Shown here in pieces: positions 47,439-56,915 of a stretch of 64,000 bases of DNA (positions within the stretch are counted from its first letter, which is position 1; each line of letters begins with the position of its first letter). Both the position numbers and the translations under genes were made by a program. The stretch is from an archaeon. GTDB taxonomy: Archaea > EX4484-52 > WAPT01. The stretch is taken from assembly GCA_029258795.1 (NCBI GenBank), contig JAPDKB010000008.1, positions 32,001 to 96,000 on the forward strand. Direction: 5' to 3'. The notes beneath the pieces were generated by a model, which was given only the letters and a program-made list of their open reading frames with translations, ran no database searches and was not told where the DNA came from.

Positions 47439-47726
47439 TCATAATTCTTTCTTTTTCGAGTAACTGGCAATGTATCGATACAGCGCTCTCTTCTGCTCCA
47501 TGGATATGTGGAGAGTTTCTTCAATCGCTTCAATGATTCTGTCATCTTTCTGAAGCTCTTCGTATTTCAAATATCTCTTTTCATTTCCTTTTCGGAGGTA
47601 CACCCCACTACCATCCACACATAAAGGGATGTGCGCTTCCAGGAATCCAAGACATAAAGCGATGTTATTGTTTCTCTCTTTCAATCTATCCTGCAAATAT
47701 GAAATGAACCCAAGGACTTCATTCAT
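47439..47726 (-). CDS. Hypothetical protein
   Basis: 95 aa ORF convergent with tRNA-Arg. Confidence 0.5.
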   Translation of the reverse strand: MNEVLGFISYLQDRLKERNNNIALCLGFLEAHIPLCVDGSGVYLRKGNEKRYLKYEELQKDDRIIEAIEETLHISMEQKRALYRYIASYSKKKEL

Positions 47727-47829
47727 AATGGAAGAATCCGAGTTGAGAGTTAAATTTTTAAAGTTCCCAATATATCTTAGTTATTGCAAGATGTATGAAA
47801 TATCTTGCAAAAACTTGGAGTGATATAAA

Positions 47830-48234
47830 ATGGTTGACGAGGTTGAGAGGATCAAGATGGATAAATTGAAGAGACTGATGGGGAAGATGCAGCAAAATGA
47901 AGGCGATGTTGGTATGGTGATGGATGTTGATGAGAGGGGTTTCGATGAAGCCGTGCTTAAAAGTAGTGTGCCAGTGGTGGTGGATTTTTGGGCGGAGTGG
48001 TGCATGCCGTGCGGGATGCTCGCGCCAATATTTAAGGAACTTGCAAAAGAATATGCAGGAAAGCTCAAGTTCGTGAAGGTGAATGTGGATGACAACCCTG
48101 TGTTGGCAGCCAGATATGGAGTGCAGGGAATACCCACACTGGTCATCTTCAGAAATGGTAAAGAAGTTGAAAGGGTTGTTGGGGCTTATCCAAAAGCCGT
48201 GCTCAATGAGATTCTGGATAGAGTGTTGGGATGA
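47830..48234 (+). CDS. trxA: Thioredoxin
   Basis: [15 protein letters not shown]. Confidence 0.93.
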   Translation: MVDEVERIKMDKLKRLMGKMQQNEGDVGMVMDVDERGFDEAVLKSSVPVVVDFWAEWCMPCGMLAPIFKELAKEYAGKLKFVKVNVDDNPVLAARYGVQGIPTLVIFRNGKEVERVVGAYPKAVLNEILDRVLG

Positions 48235-48240
48235 TGGAGC

Positions 48241-48684
48241 ATGAGCAGCGGTAAAAAAGGCAGAGTGCTTAGCGATGACAAATTTGAAAGCGTGCTCTCC
48301 AAAGCGAAGAGGGTGGTGGTGATCGGTCTTTCCAGAAATGAATACAAGGCATCAAATATCATAGCTAGGCAACTGGCAGAAAAGTACGAGGTAGTGGGAG
48401 TTAATCCTGCAGGAGATGTTGAGGGCTTTAAAACCTATTCTGATATTGAGGAGATGGCAGGAGAGGTTGGCGAAGCGGACATAGTTGTTGTGTTCCGCCC
48501 TTCCGAAGAGGTTGGAGAGATAGCAGAAAAGCTCCTCAAATCCGGGTTGAAGTTTCAGGTGCTATGGATGCAGGAAGGAATTGAGAACGAGGGGGCTGCG
48601 AAGCTTTTGATTGAGCAAGGAATTGATGTTGTCATGAACAGATGTATGGGGAAAGCGCTTCACATGCTGGAGAAAAATTTTTAA
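48241..48684 (+). CDS. CoA-binding protein (YccU-like)
   Basis: VIGLS, VNP, VFRPS, WMQEG, NRC. Confidence 0.88.
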   Translation: MSSGKKGRVLSDDKFESVLSKAKRVVVIGLSRNEYKASNIIARQLAEKYEVVGVNPAGDVEGFKTYSDIEEMAGEVGEADIVVVFRPSEEVGEIAEKLLKSGLKFQVLWMQEGIENEGAAKLLIEQGIDVVMNRCMGKALHMLEKNF

Positions 48685-48721
48685 ACGAGATGTATATAAC
48701 TCAATATATTAGTGTTGCAAT

Positions 48722-49315
48722 ATGATGCCCGTCTACAGGGATAGTGGCGGGGCGCACTATTTAGTTCAGCTGCGTTTGCCACCCCAGGAGCTCGATCTCA
48801 GCCCCCTGAATGACTATACAAGGGATGCTATTCTTGTCAATGATGTTGCTTATATGGTGGCTAAAAAGAAGGAGGAGTATCAGACAGGCGGCCATTCGGA
48901 GAATGAACATTCACTAGTGTTCTATCCTTCGAGCATTTACGTCAGCGGGAAGGATCCAAAAGATGTGTCAATTTTTGATGAGATTGCTGTTGTGAGGTAT
49001 TTTACTCTTCCAGGCAACTACTCGAATATAAGTGGAGGAACCGATGTGACTAAATGGTTCTGGAGAACCTTTATTGCTTTCTATGGCGATAAAAATCTGG
49101 AATATGCAAAAATAACTTGTGGAGGTATACCTGCTCTCCCGAATTATAGAGTTATCAAAAAATTGAAAGATATAGATATCAACCTTAAAAACCTCGAAAA
49201 GGAAGGAAAGTGTGTGTGGCTTGAGGGAACATTACGTATGGTTGAAATGAAAGAGCCTGACGAATTTCTGGAAGACGGATTTTATTCCTTTCCTCATTCC
49301 CACAAATACATATAA
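48722..49315 (+). CDS. Hypothetical protein
   Basis: 197 aa ORF with TATA-like TATATAA upstream. Confidence 0.65.
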   Translation: MMPVYRDSGGAHYLVQLRLPPQELDLSPLNDYTRDAILVNDVAYMVAKKKEEYQTGGHSENEHSLVFYPSSIYVSGKDPKDVSIFDEIAVVRYFTLPGNYSNISGGTDVTKWFWRTFIAFYGDKNLEYAKITCGGIPALPNYRVIKKLKDIDINLKNLEKEGKCVWLEGTLRMVEMKEPDEFLEDGFYSFPHSHKYI

Positions 49316-49375
49316 AAACCAAAAACAACAAACAGATCTTGCCGTTCAGAATTTCATGAATTATGAATGTTGATT

Positions 49376-49618
49376 TCATTCCATCAATGTGTCCAGCGCT
49401 TTCTTCACCTCTTCAACAACACCTTTATCGTAAGGCAGGGCTATGCTTCTCTTGAAGCGCTTCTCGTTCTCCCTCGTGATGAAACCTCTAGAAAGAGAGA
49501 TGAATTCGTTCTCTCCCTCGCTCGTTATGGCTTTCTTGTGCGCAACTTCCAGAAAGTTGTTTCCACCAAGCTGCACATCCATACTCTTTATGGTTTCAAA
49601 CTTCACCACGTTCTTCAC
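49376..49618 (-). CDS. Small hypothetical protein, possibly a PC4/PUR-like nucleic-acid-binding fold
   Basis: Beta-rich N-terminus and C-terminal helix; SD GGGGTGA. Confidence 0.6.
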   Translation of the reverse strand: MKNVVKFETIKSMDVQLGGNNFLEVAHKKAITSEGENEFISLSRGFITRENEKRFKRSIALPYDKGVVEEVKKALDTLME

Positions 49619-49730
49619 CCCTTTGCAAGTTTGTCCATCCTTAACCTTTCTCTGGAAGATTTATATAGCTATGCAGACATGCGTGCCGATAGAGAAGAAA
49701 AATTTTGGTTTTGCTCCATCCGATTGAGCT

Positions 49731-51557
49731 TTAATCAACCAGCACCCTCAGATTGCCAAGTGCAACGGCCTGCAGTACTTTCTTGCCGGCATCGCTCTTC
49801 TTTTTGACCCTTATCTGCCCTCTCTTGCCTACAGTTGCAGAAAAGAGAAACTCCTCGCCCTTGTAAACATCAACGTTCTTGCCGACCAGCTTTCTGTCCA
49901 CCTCGATGATAACCGAGCCGGAAGCTTCCCTCACCCTGAAGGGTATGGCTTTTTTCAACGTGTCAACTATCGGCTCGACAGAAAGCCTTATGCCAACGAG
50001 CTCCTCCAGCTTGGCTATGTTCCTGCCCTCCTTACCAATAACTTTCGGCACATCCTCCTTCTTCACCCTCAGTACAGCTCTGTTCGGTCCGACTATCTCA
50101 ACGCTGAAGTCCTTTATGTAGCGCTTCAGAATTTGAGTGAGCCGCTCCTCAGCAAGCTTGGCTATGGTCGATTCCTTAGCTTCCCGGACCTTCATCACCA
50201 CCGTCTGCTCTCCGTAGGTGTAAATCTCGTACTCAAGCTTGCCCGTCTCAAAATCTATGACCTCCACTATTGGCCTCGCAAGGTCCTCAGCGGTCATGCC
50301 AGAAGGCACGCGCACATTCAAGTCAAGCACGTAAACCTTCTCTATCCTTCCGTTCTTCACGAAAATTATCGTGTCCACTATATGCGGAATCAAGCCCAGC
50401 TCAACTCTTTGGATGAAACGCTGCACCGCATCTATTGGCTGGGTGGCATGAACCACACCCACCATCCCAACTCCCGCTAATCTCATATCCGCAAAAACCT
50501 TGAAATCGTGGGTGGTGCGCAGCTCATCATAAATGGTGTAGTCGGGCCTCACAAGCAGAAGTATGTCTGAGGTTTTGGCCATGTCTCCTTCAAGGGGAGC
50601 GTATTGAGTTATCTCTGCGCTGACCTGCAAATCTCTCGGCTGCTCCATGGTTTTGACTATCTTGCCCTTGGACGCGTAGAATTCAGCGAGAGCCTGAGCA
50701 AGCGTGGTTTTTCCATGACCGGGAGGGCCGGCTATCAGTATGCCCTCAGCCCTCTCTTCCAGCCTTTTCTTCAGCTTGTCCGAGAGCTTGTAGTCCTCAA
50801 GCGTGACCTTCAGAATCGGCCTAACCAGCGTTATCTCCATCGCTTCAGAGAATGGTGGGCGTGTTATCGCTATCCTGTAGGAGCCAAGCTGCACAACGGT
50901 TGCGCCCTTCCTGCTTATCTCCACCATGGCCTTTTCGTCCATTCTAGCGCGTTCCATTATCTCTCTCGCAAACTCCTCCAGCATCTCTCTGGTCAAGACC
51001 ACATCATCCACATCCACCAGCTTGAAAGCTCCAGGCTTTCCTCTCTTTGCCTTTGGTCTGCACCCTTCCTTGAGGTGAAGAGACATCGTGTCCTTCGTGA
51101 TCCACCTCTCTATTGATAGCTTTTCCGGCATCTCGTGCTCCACATATATGATCTCTATACCCAGAGCTTCAGCACCCTTGGCTTGGATCATATCGCATGT
51201 TATGAGCACACCACCCATCTCTTTGGCAACGTCTCTTATGAGCGCGTCTATCCTCCCGCTCCTCGCAAGCTGAATCTCCTCAAGCGTGGGCTTTCTTCCT
51301 GCCTCTTTAAACTCGATCCCCCTCTTTTCACATTCCTCCCTTATCATCTTGAGCTCCTCAAGCCCCTCTATCCCTATCTCTCTTCCCCTGTTGGCCTGAT
51401 TTTCAAGCTCAGAAATCACGAATTCAGGAACAACTATGATGTCGTTCTTCTTTATTCTTCCTTCTTCCATCAACCTTCTTACCACTCCAGCGATTATGGC
51501 TGAAGTGTCAGGTACATACACTTTTCCTTTTGTTTTGCTTTTCGTTTTGCTTCCCAT
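49731..51557 (-). CDS. PIN-domain ATPase with KH domain (PINA family)
   Basis: VPDTS PIN domain, GPPGHGKT, YDELR, IGKEG KH motif. Confidence 0.93.
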   Translation of the reverse strand: MGSKTKSKTKGKVYVPDTSAIIAGVVRRLMEEGRIKKNDIIVVPEFVISELENQANRGREIGIEGLEELKMIREECEKRGIEFKEAGRKPTLEEIQLARSGRIDALIRDVAKEMGGVLITCDMIQAKGAEALGIEIIYVEHEMPEKLSIERWITKDTMSLHLKEGCRPKAKRGKPGAFKLVDVDDVVLTREMLEEFAREIMERARMDEKAMVEISRKGATVVQLGSYRIAITRPPFSEAMEITLVRPILKVTLEDYKLSDKLKKRLEERAEGILIAGPPGHGKTTLAQALAEFYASKGKIVKTMEQPRDLQVSAEITQYAPLEGDMAKTSDILLLVRPDYTIYDELRTTHDFKVFADMRLAGVGMVGVVHATQPIDAVQRFIQRVELGLIPHIVDTIIFVKNGRIEKVYVLDLNVRVPSGMTAEDLARPIVEVIDFETGKLEYEIYTYGEQTVVMKVREAKESTIAKLAEERLTQILKRYIKDFSVEIVGPNRAVLRVKKEDVPKVIGKEGRNIAKLEELVGIRLSVEPIVDTLKKAIPFRVREASGSVIIEVDRKLVGKNVDVYKGEEFLFSATVGKRGQIRVKKKSDAGKKVLQAVALGNLRVLVD

Positions 51558-51657
51558 TTTCAATTCACCAGAACATTCAATTCTCTACCACTTTTAAAAA
51601 AGTTGTGGGAAAAAGAAAAAAAGCTCCCTGCTGCTGCGCTTCTTCTTTCAAGCTGGC

Positions 51658-51996
51658 TCATGCGATGTTCTCCGCTATGTTGCCCACGATGGGCAGCTTG
51701 AAATCCTCGTGCTTTATCGCTTTGATCATGCACACTATCCAGAGCACAAATCCAAGAAGTCCGAGCAGCACTCCTGTAATCCAGCCCAGTATTGGAATGA
51801 AGCCGAGCACGAACTTGATCACGAAAAGTCCGAGAAACAGCACCGTTGATTGTGCTGCATGAAACCTTACATACCTGCTCTTCTTTTCGACCAGCAGAAA
51901 TATTATTCCAGTCACAAATCCGAGCAGGTATGCAAGAAACGCTTCCACGTTCTCGGCCATACCAAGGCTTGTATCTCCACCTTTTTTCTCAGCCAT
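51658..51996 (-). CDS. DUF4870 family membrane protein
   Basis: LAYLLG, VRFHAAQS, FKLPIVG. Confidence 0.85.
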   Translation of the reverse strand: MAEKKGGDTSLGMAENVEAFLAYLLGFVTGIIFLLVEKKSRYVRFHAAQSTVLFLGLFVIKFVLGFIPILGWITGVLLGLLGFVLWIVCMIKAIKHEDFKLPIVGNIAENIA

Positions 51997-52032
51997 TTCT
52001 TTTCACCTCTGTTGATTTAAATGATCAGAACC

Positions 52033-52950
52033 TCAGCTCACCACCGCCATGTAAGATATCTCCACAACCTGTGAACCGATGGTGGATGAGATTCCATAAG
52101 TTACGCCTTCCTTAACCACCACTCCGCTTATCTCATCCCCGCTGACTTGCACACCACTTGCCTGATACCCTTCCTTTGAAAGCTCGTTCACAAGCTCTTG
52201 TATATCCTCACTGCTAACTGCGCGTGGCACAGCATAGGATAGCACAACATAATTTGCTGTGCCGGTGCTCACCGTACCTACATCTGCCAGCTTTGCCCCT
52301 CCAAAGATGGAGATCAAAACAGGCCTTATGTCCTCATCCAGCTGTTGCGCGTATCCTGAAGGAGGTGTGACGTCAGCTGCTGACTCGTAGTAATCTTCCT
52401 GTGTGCTCTCACCTTGTGATGTCTCACCGGTTTCACCACAGGGTTTGGACAAATCGAGATTGATAAGTGTGTATTCTTTATCGCCGATCTTTACCAGTCC
52501 AACATCCACGTACAATATGTTGTTACCTTTTGAGAAAGTGAGTGACGTTCCCTCAACATAATGCATCGTGCCCACCCCCGGCACCACAATTCCGGCTCCT
52601 GCGGAAGAGCTCTTGCTTTCAAGATTCCAGCCATCGTTCTCCAGCTCGGAAGTGTAAAACTCAACCGCACCATCCATCTTGTTACCCTTAAGGTAGTATG
52701 AAGCGCTCTCAGAACATTCATCGAAAGAGTAGCTCACTCTTGTGGTGTCCGGATAGCGGGGCACACCATCTATATCTTTATCTCCAACATCATGCTTGGG
52801 AAGAAGCAGCTGAGCTGCATTTTCGACAACGCTCGTTGATGGCTTCCCACCACCTATGCAACCGCTTGCCAGAACAACGACAAAAACCAGAGACAAGACC
52901 GCAAATGCGCTTTTAATCGAAATTTTTTCTTTTATCATCAAGTTCACCAC
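52033..52950 (-). CDS. Putative lipoprotein
   Basis: Lipobox LASGC. Confidence 0.75.
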   Translation of the reverse strand: MVNLMIKEKISIKSAFAVLSLVFVVVLASGCIGGGKPSTSVVENAAQLLLPKHDVGDKDIDGVPRYPDTTRVSYSFDECSESASYYLKGNKMDGAVEFYTSELENDGWNLESKSSSAGAGIVVPGVGTMHYVEGTSLTFSKGNNILYVDVGLVKIGDKEYTLINLDLSKPCGETGETSQGESTQEDYYESAADVTPPSGYAQQLDEDIRPVLISIFGGAKLADVGTVSTGTANYVVLSYAVPRAVSSEDIQELVNELSKEGYQASGVQVSGDEISGVVVKEGVTYGISSTIGSQVVEISYMAVVS

Positions 52951-53103
52951 AATTTTTTGTTTTAATTCACTTTGTTCAAAAAATTTATATAAGTATCTGG
53001 TTGTTCTGAAAAGAGACGAAATTCGAACTTTTTATTTGTTTAAATTTTGATGTTTCTGGTTAAACCGCAATCTTTTTATGATGATTTGAACAAAAACTGA
53101 TTC

Positions 53104-53367
53104 ATGGGATTGCATGGAGTGTGCACACGTCCAGACCACAAATTCGATATGGACTCTGTGGAGATGATATATGATCCGGAGACCAATACAGAATACTTGT
53201 GGGGGAAGTGTCTTGTCTGCGGAGCACCGAGAATAGAAAAGAGGCATCCCGGTTGTTCTGAGAAACAGCAGGTAAGCGCGAGAGAAATTTACAATACATT
53301 ACTCGCGCTTAAAGAACATGAGAAATACCCCACCATCATCCCTGTTACCACCTACACTTCCCACTAG
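53104..53367 (+). CDS. Hypothetical Cys/His protein
   Basis: CLVC; short ORF. Confidence 0.45.
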   Translation: MGLHGVCTRPDHKFDMDSVEMIYDPETNTEYLWGKCLVCGAPRIEKRHPGCSEKQQVSAREIYNTLLALKEHEKYPTIIPVTTYTSH

Positions 53368-54289
53368 CTTTCAACGCGCTGATTATATCATCGATCATCT
53401 CAAGCGCGGCCTGTCTGGCCGCCTCCTCAAACCTGTCTTCACCCGCCTCATATTTCTCTGATCTGTACGCTGCTATAACACCTCTCGCTGAGTGGATTAT
53501 GGCTCCGAGTCCATCCTCATTGAAGTTGTGCACAACGTCCTTTGCTTTTGCACCCTGCGCTCCGTAGCCCGGCACGAGCACCACAGCTCTTGGAACAAGC
53601 TTCCTGCACACCTTTGCCTGCTCGGGATAGGTTGCGCCAACAACCATACCAACGGAAGAGTAGCCGTACTCCGTGCCGATCAGCTCGGCACCCCATTCAT
53701 CCACCTTCCTTGCAACCATCTGGAAGAGCGTTGAACTATCGTTGTCCATTTTCACGTCCTGAAACTCGTGGCTGGAAGGATTGGAGGTCTTCACGAGCAC
53801 AAAGATGCCTTTGCCGAAATTCCCGCACGCATCAAGGAACGGCTTTATCCCATCCGTGCCGAGGTACGGGTTGACTGTTATTGCGTCAGCATCAAAATAG
53901 CTACTTGCCTTTGTTCCGTCACACAGTTCAACTCTGCCCAAATAAGCGTTAGCGTAAGCTTCTGCTGTGCTTCCGATGTCGTTGCGCTTCACATCCAAAA
54001 TCACAATTCTGTCCCTCTTTTTCACATGCTCTACGGTCTTTTTCAGCGCTTTTATGCCGTGCTTCCCGTAAAGTTCGTAGAACGCTGAATTGATTTTGTA
54101 GCACGGCACTAAATCGTATGTAGCATCCACAATTTTCCTGTTAAACTCAAGTATGGCTTCTGCTGTGGCTTCAAACACGTTATCCTCCTTTTCCACGGCT
54201 TGCTGCTTTATGAACGAGGGCACGAAGCTTATTCTTGTGTCAAGCCCTATGCAGCACGGATTTTGTAGTTTATCCATTAGGTTTAACAA
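53345..54289 (-). CDS. pyrF: Orotidine 5'-phosphate decarboxylase (subfamily 2)
   Basis: CIGLD, DVKRNDIGST, VNPYLG, KTSNP, VVGATYP, VPGYGAQG; true start unclear (frame extends upstream as NFADCL). Confidence 0.93.
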   Translation of the reverse strand: MLNLMDKLQNPCCIGLDTRISFVPSFIKQQAVEKEDNVFEATAEAILEFNRKIVDATYDLVPCYKINSAFYELYGKHGIKALKKTVEHVKKRDRIVILDVKRNDIGSTAEAYANAYLGRVELCDGTKASSYFDADAITVNPYLGTDGIKPFLDACGNFGKGIFVLVKTSNPSSHEFQDVKMDNDSSTLFQMVARKVDEWGAELIGTEYGYSSVGMVVGATYPEQAKVCRKLVPRAVVLVPGYGAQGAKAKDVVHNFNEDGLGAIIHSARGVIAAYRSEKYEAGEDRFEEAARQAALEMIDDIISALKASGKCRW

Positions 54290-54322
54290 GCAGTCAGCGA
54301 AATTTTTCTTGATGATATCGCA

Positions 54323-54733
54323 TCACCAAGACAATAAAGTTATGGCAGCTATAGCAAGCAATACTCCCATAGCTTTGATGAGCGTTATCTTCTCCTCCAG
54401 CACCAGTATGCCTAGCAGCACTGTCACAGCAGTACTCATACCAACTATCGGCTTGACTATACTTATCTTACCTGAGCTTATTGCACGAATGTAAAAGAAG
54501 AATGCTATGCTTGCTATAAAGCCAGCGGTGCTTACATAAGGCACAACTTGCTTGTTGATGGATTTTGACGGAGCTTGATAAACCCACATCAGAGCAAGAA
54601 AGAGGAGCATGAAGCCTGTGGTGAGGAAAGTCACGGTTAAAGAGTCTGCATAGTTTGATGCGAGCTTATAAAGCAGAGGCGTGATACCATAAAGGAGCAT
54701 GGCGACCAGAGCAAAAATTACGTAAGCTTCCAT
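54323..54733 (-). CDS. EamA/DMT family transporter
   Basis: About five TM helices; G.ISIV.PI, LEEKIT. Confidence 0.85.
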   Translation of the reverse strand: MEAYVIFALVAMLLYGITPLLYKLASNYADSLTVTFLTTGFMLLFLALMWVYQAPSKSINKQVVPYVSTAGFIASIAFFFYIRAISSGKISIVKPIVGMSTAVTVLLGILVLEEKITLIKAMGVLLAIAAITLLSW

Positions 54734-54794
54734 GAAACTTCGATGAAGTTTAAAAACTTTAAATTTCTGTCGCTGCATATCTGTCCTTGTATCG

Positions 54795-55175
54795 TTAAAG
54801 TTGTACCACAAAACCCAGCTCTTCCAGAGCTTCCTTTGCATTTTTCAAGTCATTCTCCTTCACCAGAATGTGATCAGTCGAGTAGGAAGAGATAACAAAG
54901 ATAGATACGCTTTTTTTGGCGAGTGCACTAGCTACTTTTGCGAGAAATCCGACAAGGTTGAAAGGCAGCACCATGTCAAAAGTAAGAAGCTTCCATCCCG
55001 GCTCCATCTCCAGTGTGTCCACTTCATCAATCTTTGCTTCATCGATTATGACCGTTATTTCCTTCCCATCCATTATGTTGGCAAAAGCTTCAGGGTGTGG
55101 TTTCTTGGCTTTGACTATCGCAAATCTCTCTTTCCACACGTATACTCTTCCATCAGAACGAACATCTTGTTCCAT
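54795..55175 (-). CDS. ACT-domain protein
   Basis: LVGFLA.VASALA...SIFVISSYSTDHILVK. Confidence 0.85.
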   Translation of the reverse strand: MEQDVRSDGRVYVWKERFAIVKAKKPHPEAFANIMDGKEITVIIDEAKIDEVDTLEMEPGWKLLTFDMVLPFNLVGFLAKVASALAKKSVSIFVISSYSTDHILVKENDLKNAKEALEELGFVVQL

Positions 55176-55200
55176 GGTTTGATGATGCTCAAGAACATAT

Positions 55201-56043
55201 TTATTTGTAGGGCTCCAATCCCTCAAAAAACTCCACCGCAAGCTTCCCTATGTCTTGACTGTAACCTCCTTCAAGAACAGCAAAACATCTTGCTTTGCAT
55301 TCTTTAACTGTGTTTGCTATGGGTTTAGCAATTTTTTGGTAGCTTTCTTTTTTGAGCAGAAAACCCGTAAGAGGATCCTTCTCGTAAGTGTCGAAACCCA
55401 ACGAGATTGCAAGCACATCCGGCATGAATTGCTGTATTCTTGTCAGAGCTTTTTCCAGCGTTTTAAGGTAAGCTTTCTCATCCGTTCCGGCTGGGAGCGG
55501 GAAGTTTATGCAGTTATCAGTGCTTTCCGTTCCTGTGCCGGGATAAAATGGATACTGATGAATGGAAACGTAAAGCACGTTGTCATCATGCAAGAAGATG
55601 TCCTGAGTGCCGTTTCCGTGATGCACATCGATATCAAGAATGGCTACTCTTTCTCCAGAATAAACCTTCCTCACCGCTACGGCTATGTTGTTGAAGTAGC
55701 AAAATCCTCCGAGAAAGTTCTTGCCAGCGTGATGGCCCGGCGGTCTTGTCAGGGCAAAGCCCTCAAGCTCGGCAGCCTTTATTGCGCATCCTGCTGCAAG
55801 AATCGGGTACTTAACGTCTATGGGCGGTGTGTCAGCATCAAAATAGTTCATACTCTCCACGCGTTTCACATGCTCTTCTGTGTGCACCACCAGCAGATCT
55901 TCAAGCTTTGCAGGCCTTGCATCCACAAAATCATGGTCAGTCTTTTCAAGCGCCTCCGCAATCCTTTTTACCCTTTCCGGAGTTTCCGGATGAAAGTCAT
56001 CATGTCTGTATTCCAAACAGAGCGGGTTGTAGATGACGAGCAT
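55201..56043 (-). CDS. Histone deacetylase family protein
   Basis: HPETPER, RPPGHHA, GFCYFNN, DVHHGNGTQ, LEGGY. Confidence 0.95.
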   Translation of the reverse strand: MLVIYNPLCLEYRHDDFHPETPERVKRIAEALEKTDHDFVDARPAKLEDLLVVHTEEHVKRVESMNYFDADTPPIDVKYPILAAGCAIKAAELEGFALTRPPGHHAGKNFLGGFCYFNNIAVAVRKVYSGERVAILDIDVHHGNGTQDIFLHDDNVLYVSIHQYPFYPGTGTESTDNCINFPLPAGTDEKAYLKTLEKALTRIQQFMPDVLAISLGFDTYEKDPLTGFLLKKESYQKIAKPIANTVKECKARCFAVLEGGYSQDIGKLAVEFFEGLEPYK

Positions 56044-56086
56044 ACTTTTCAATTGAAAAAAGAAGAAAGTTTAAGGCGCTTTTTCA

Positions 56087-56749
56087 TCACTTCTTTCTCA
56101 ACGTGTGTGCTGCCACAAGCACGGCAAGGAAGAGAAATACTGCACCAATCATGGACGATGCTGTGCCGACAGCCATCCCCGAAATGCTTCTTTCAGCCAG
56201 AGATGCCATGTTGAAAGCGGCTGTGGCAAGGAGTAATATCGGTGTGATGAGCAGAGCAAGCTCCAAGCCGTGGGATGTCGATTGACTTGTTTCTTCCCTC
56301 ACAGGGGCCTGTGGAACTTGCTCTTGCTCTTCTTCTTTCTGGAATTTATCTTCGAAAGCATGCCACCTATGTAGTTCATAAGCTATGGACTCCCTTATTA
56401 TGTTTCTTATCCTCTCAAGCCGGTGGCCCTCCTTCCTTTTAGCAAAGCGGTATGAATGCCCATCAGTGTGCAGGAAATCCTTCACAGCTCTTGCATTCAG
56501 GATTACATGTTCCTTTTCATGGTCTATGTGCACCAGCTTATCGGGTGGTGTGGGCTCAACATAGAATCTAAATCTTCTGAGCATATCGTGATAAACAACA
56601 TCCGGGCTCAAATTTGGGTGGTGCGCGACTATTCTCTCTGCCGCAAGCCTGACAGCTTCCGGGAATATGCTTCCGAACACTCCTTTTATATCCTTTCTAA
56701 CAACTGACTTGTAAGCATCCTTCATTGCATCAAGGTATCTCTTTGTCAT
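56087..56749 (-). CDS. Hypothetical protein with C-terminal membrane anchor
   Basis: Two C-terminal TM helices flanking ISGMAVG. Confidence 0.7.
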   Translation of the reverse strand: MTKRYLDAMKDAYKSVVRKDIKGVFGSIFPEAVRLAAERIVAHHPNLSPDVVYHDMLRRFRFYVEPTPPDKLVHIDHEKEHVILNARAVKDFLHTDGHSYRFAKRKEGHRLERIRNIIRESIAYELHRWHAFEDKFQKEEEQEQVPQAPVREETSQSTSHGLELALLITPILLLATAAFNMASLAERSISGMAVGTASSMIGAVFLFLAVLVAAHTLRKK

Positions 56750-56915
56750 GTTAGAAAGGAAGAAAATAACCTAAATATATTGATTTGTATAGTGTAATAT
56801 ACATTATACGGAATGTAATTTTGATTCAGAGCTATGTTCGGTTACGACACATTATTGAAAAATCAATTTTTCTCGTGAAATAAACCCTTTTAAAACTCCA
56901 CCCGAAATTTTGTTT

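Noticed and set aside
56788-56808. AT-rich palindrome TATAGTGTAATATACATTATA as a replication origin
   Set aside because: No ORB-like repeats or adjacent cdc6/orc1; more likely a promoter-region feature.
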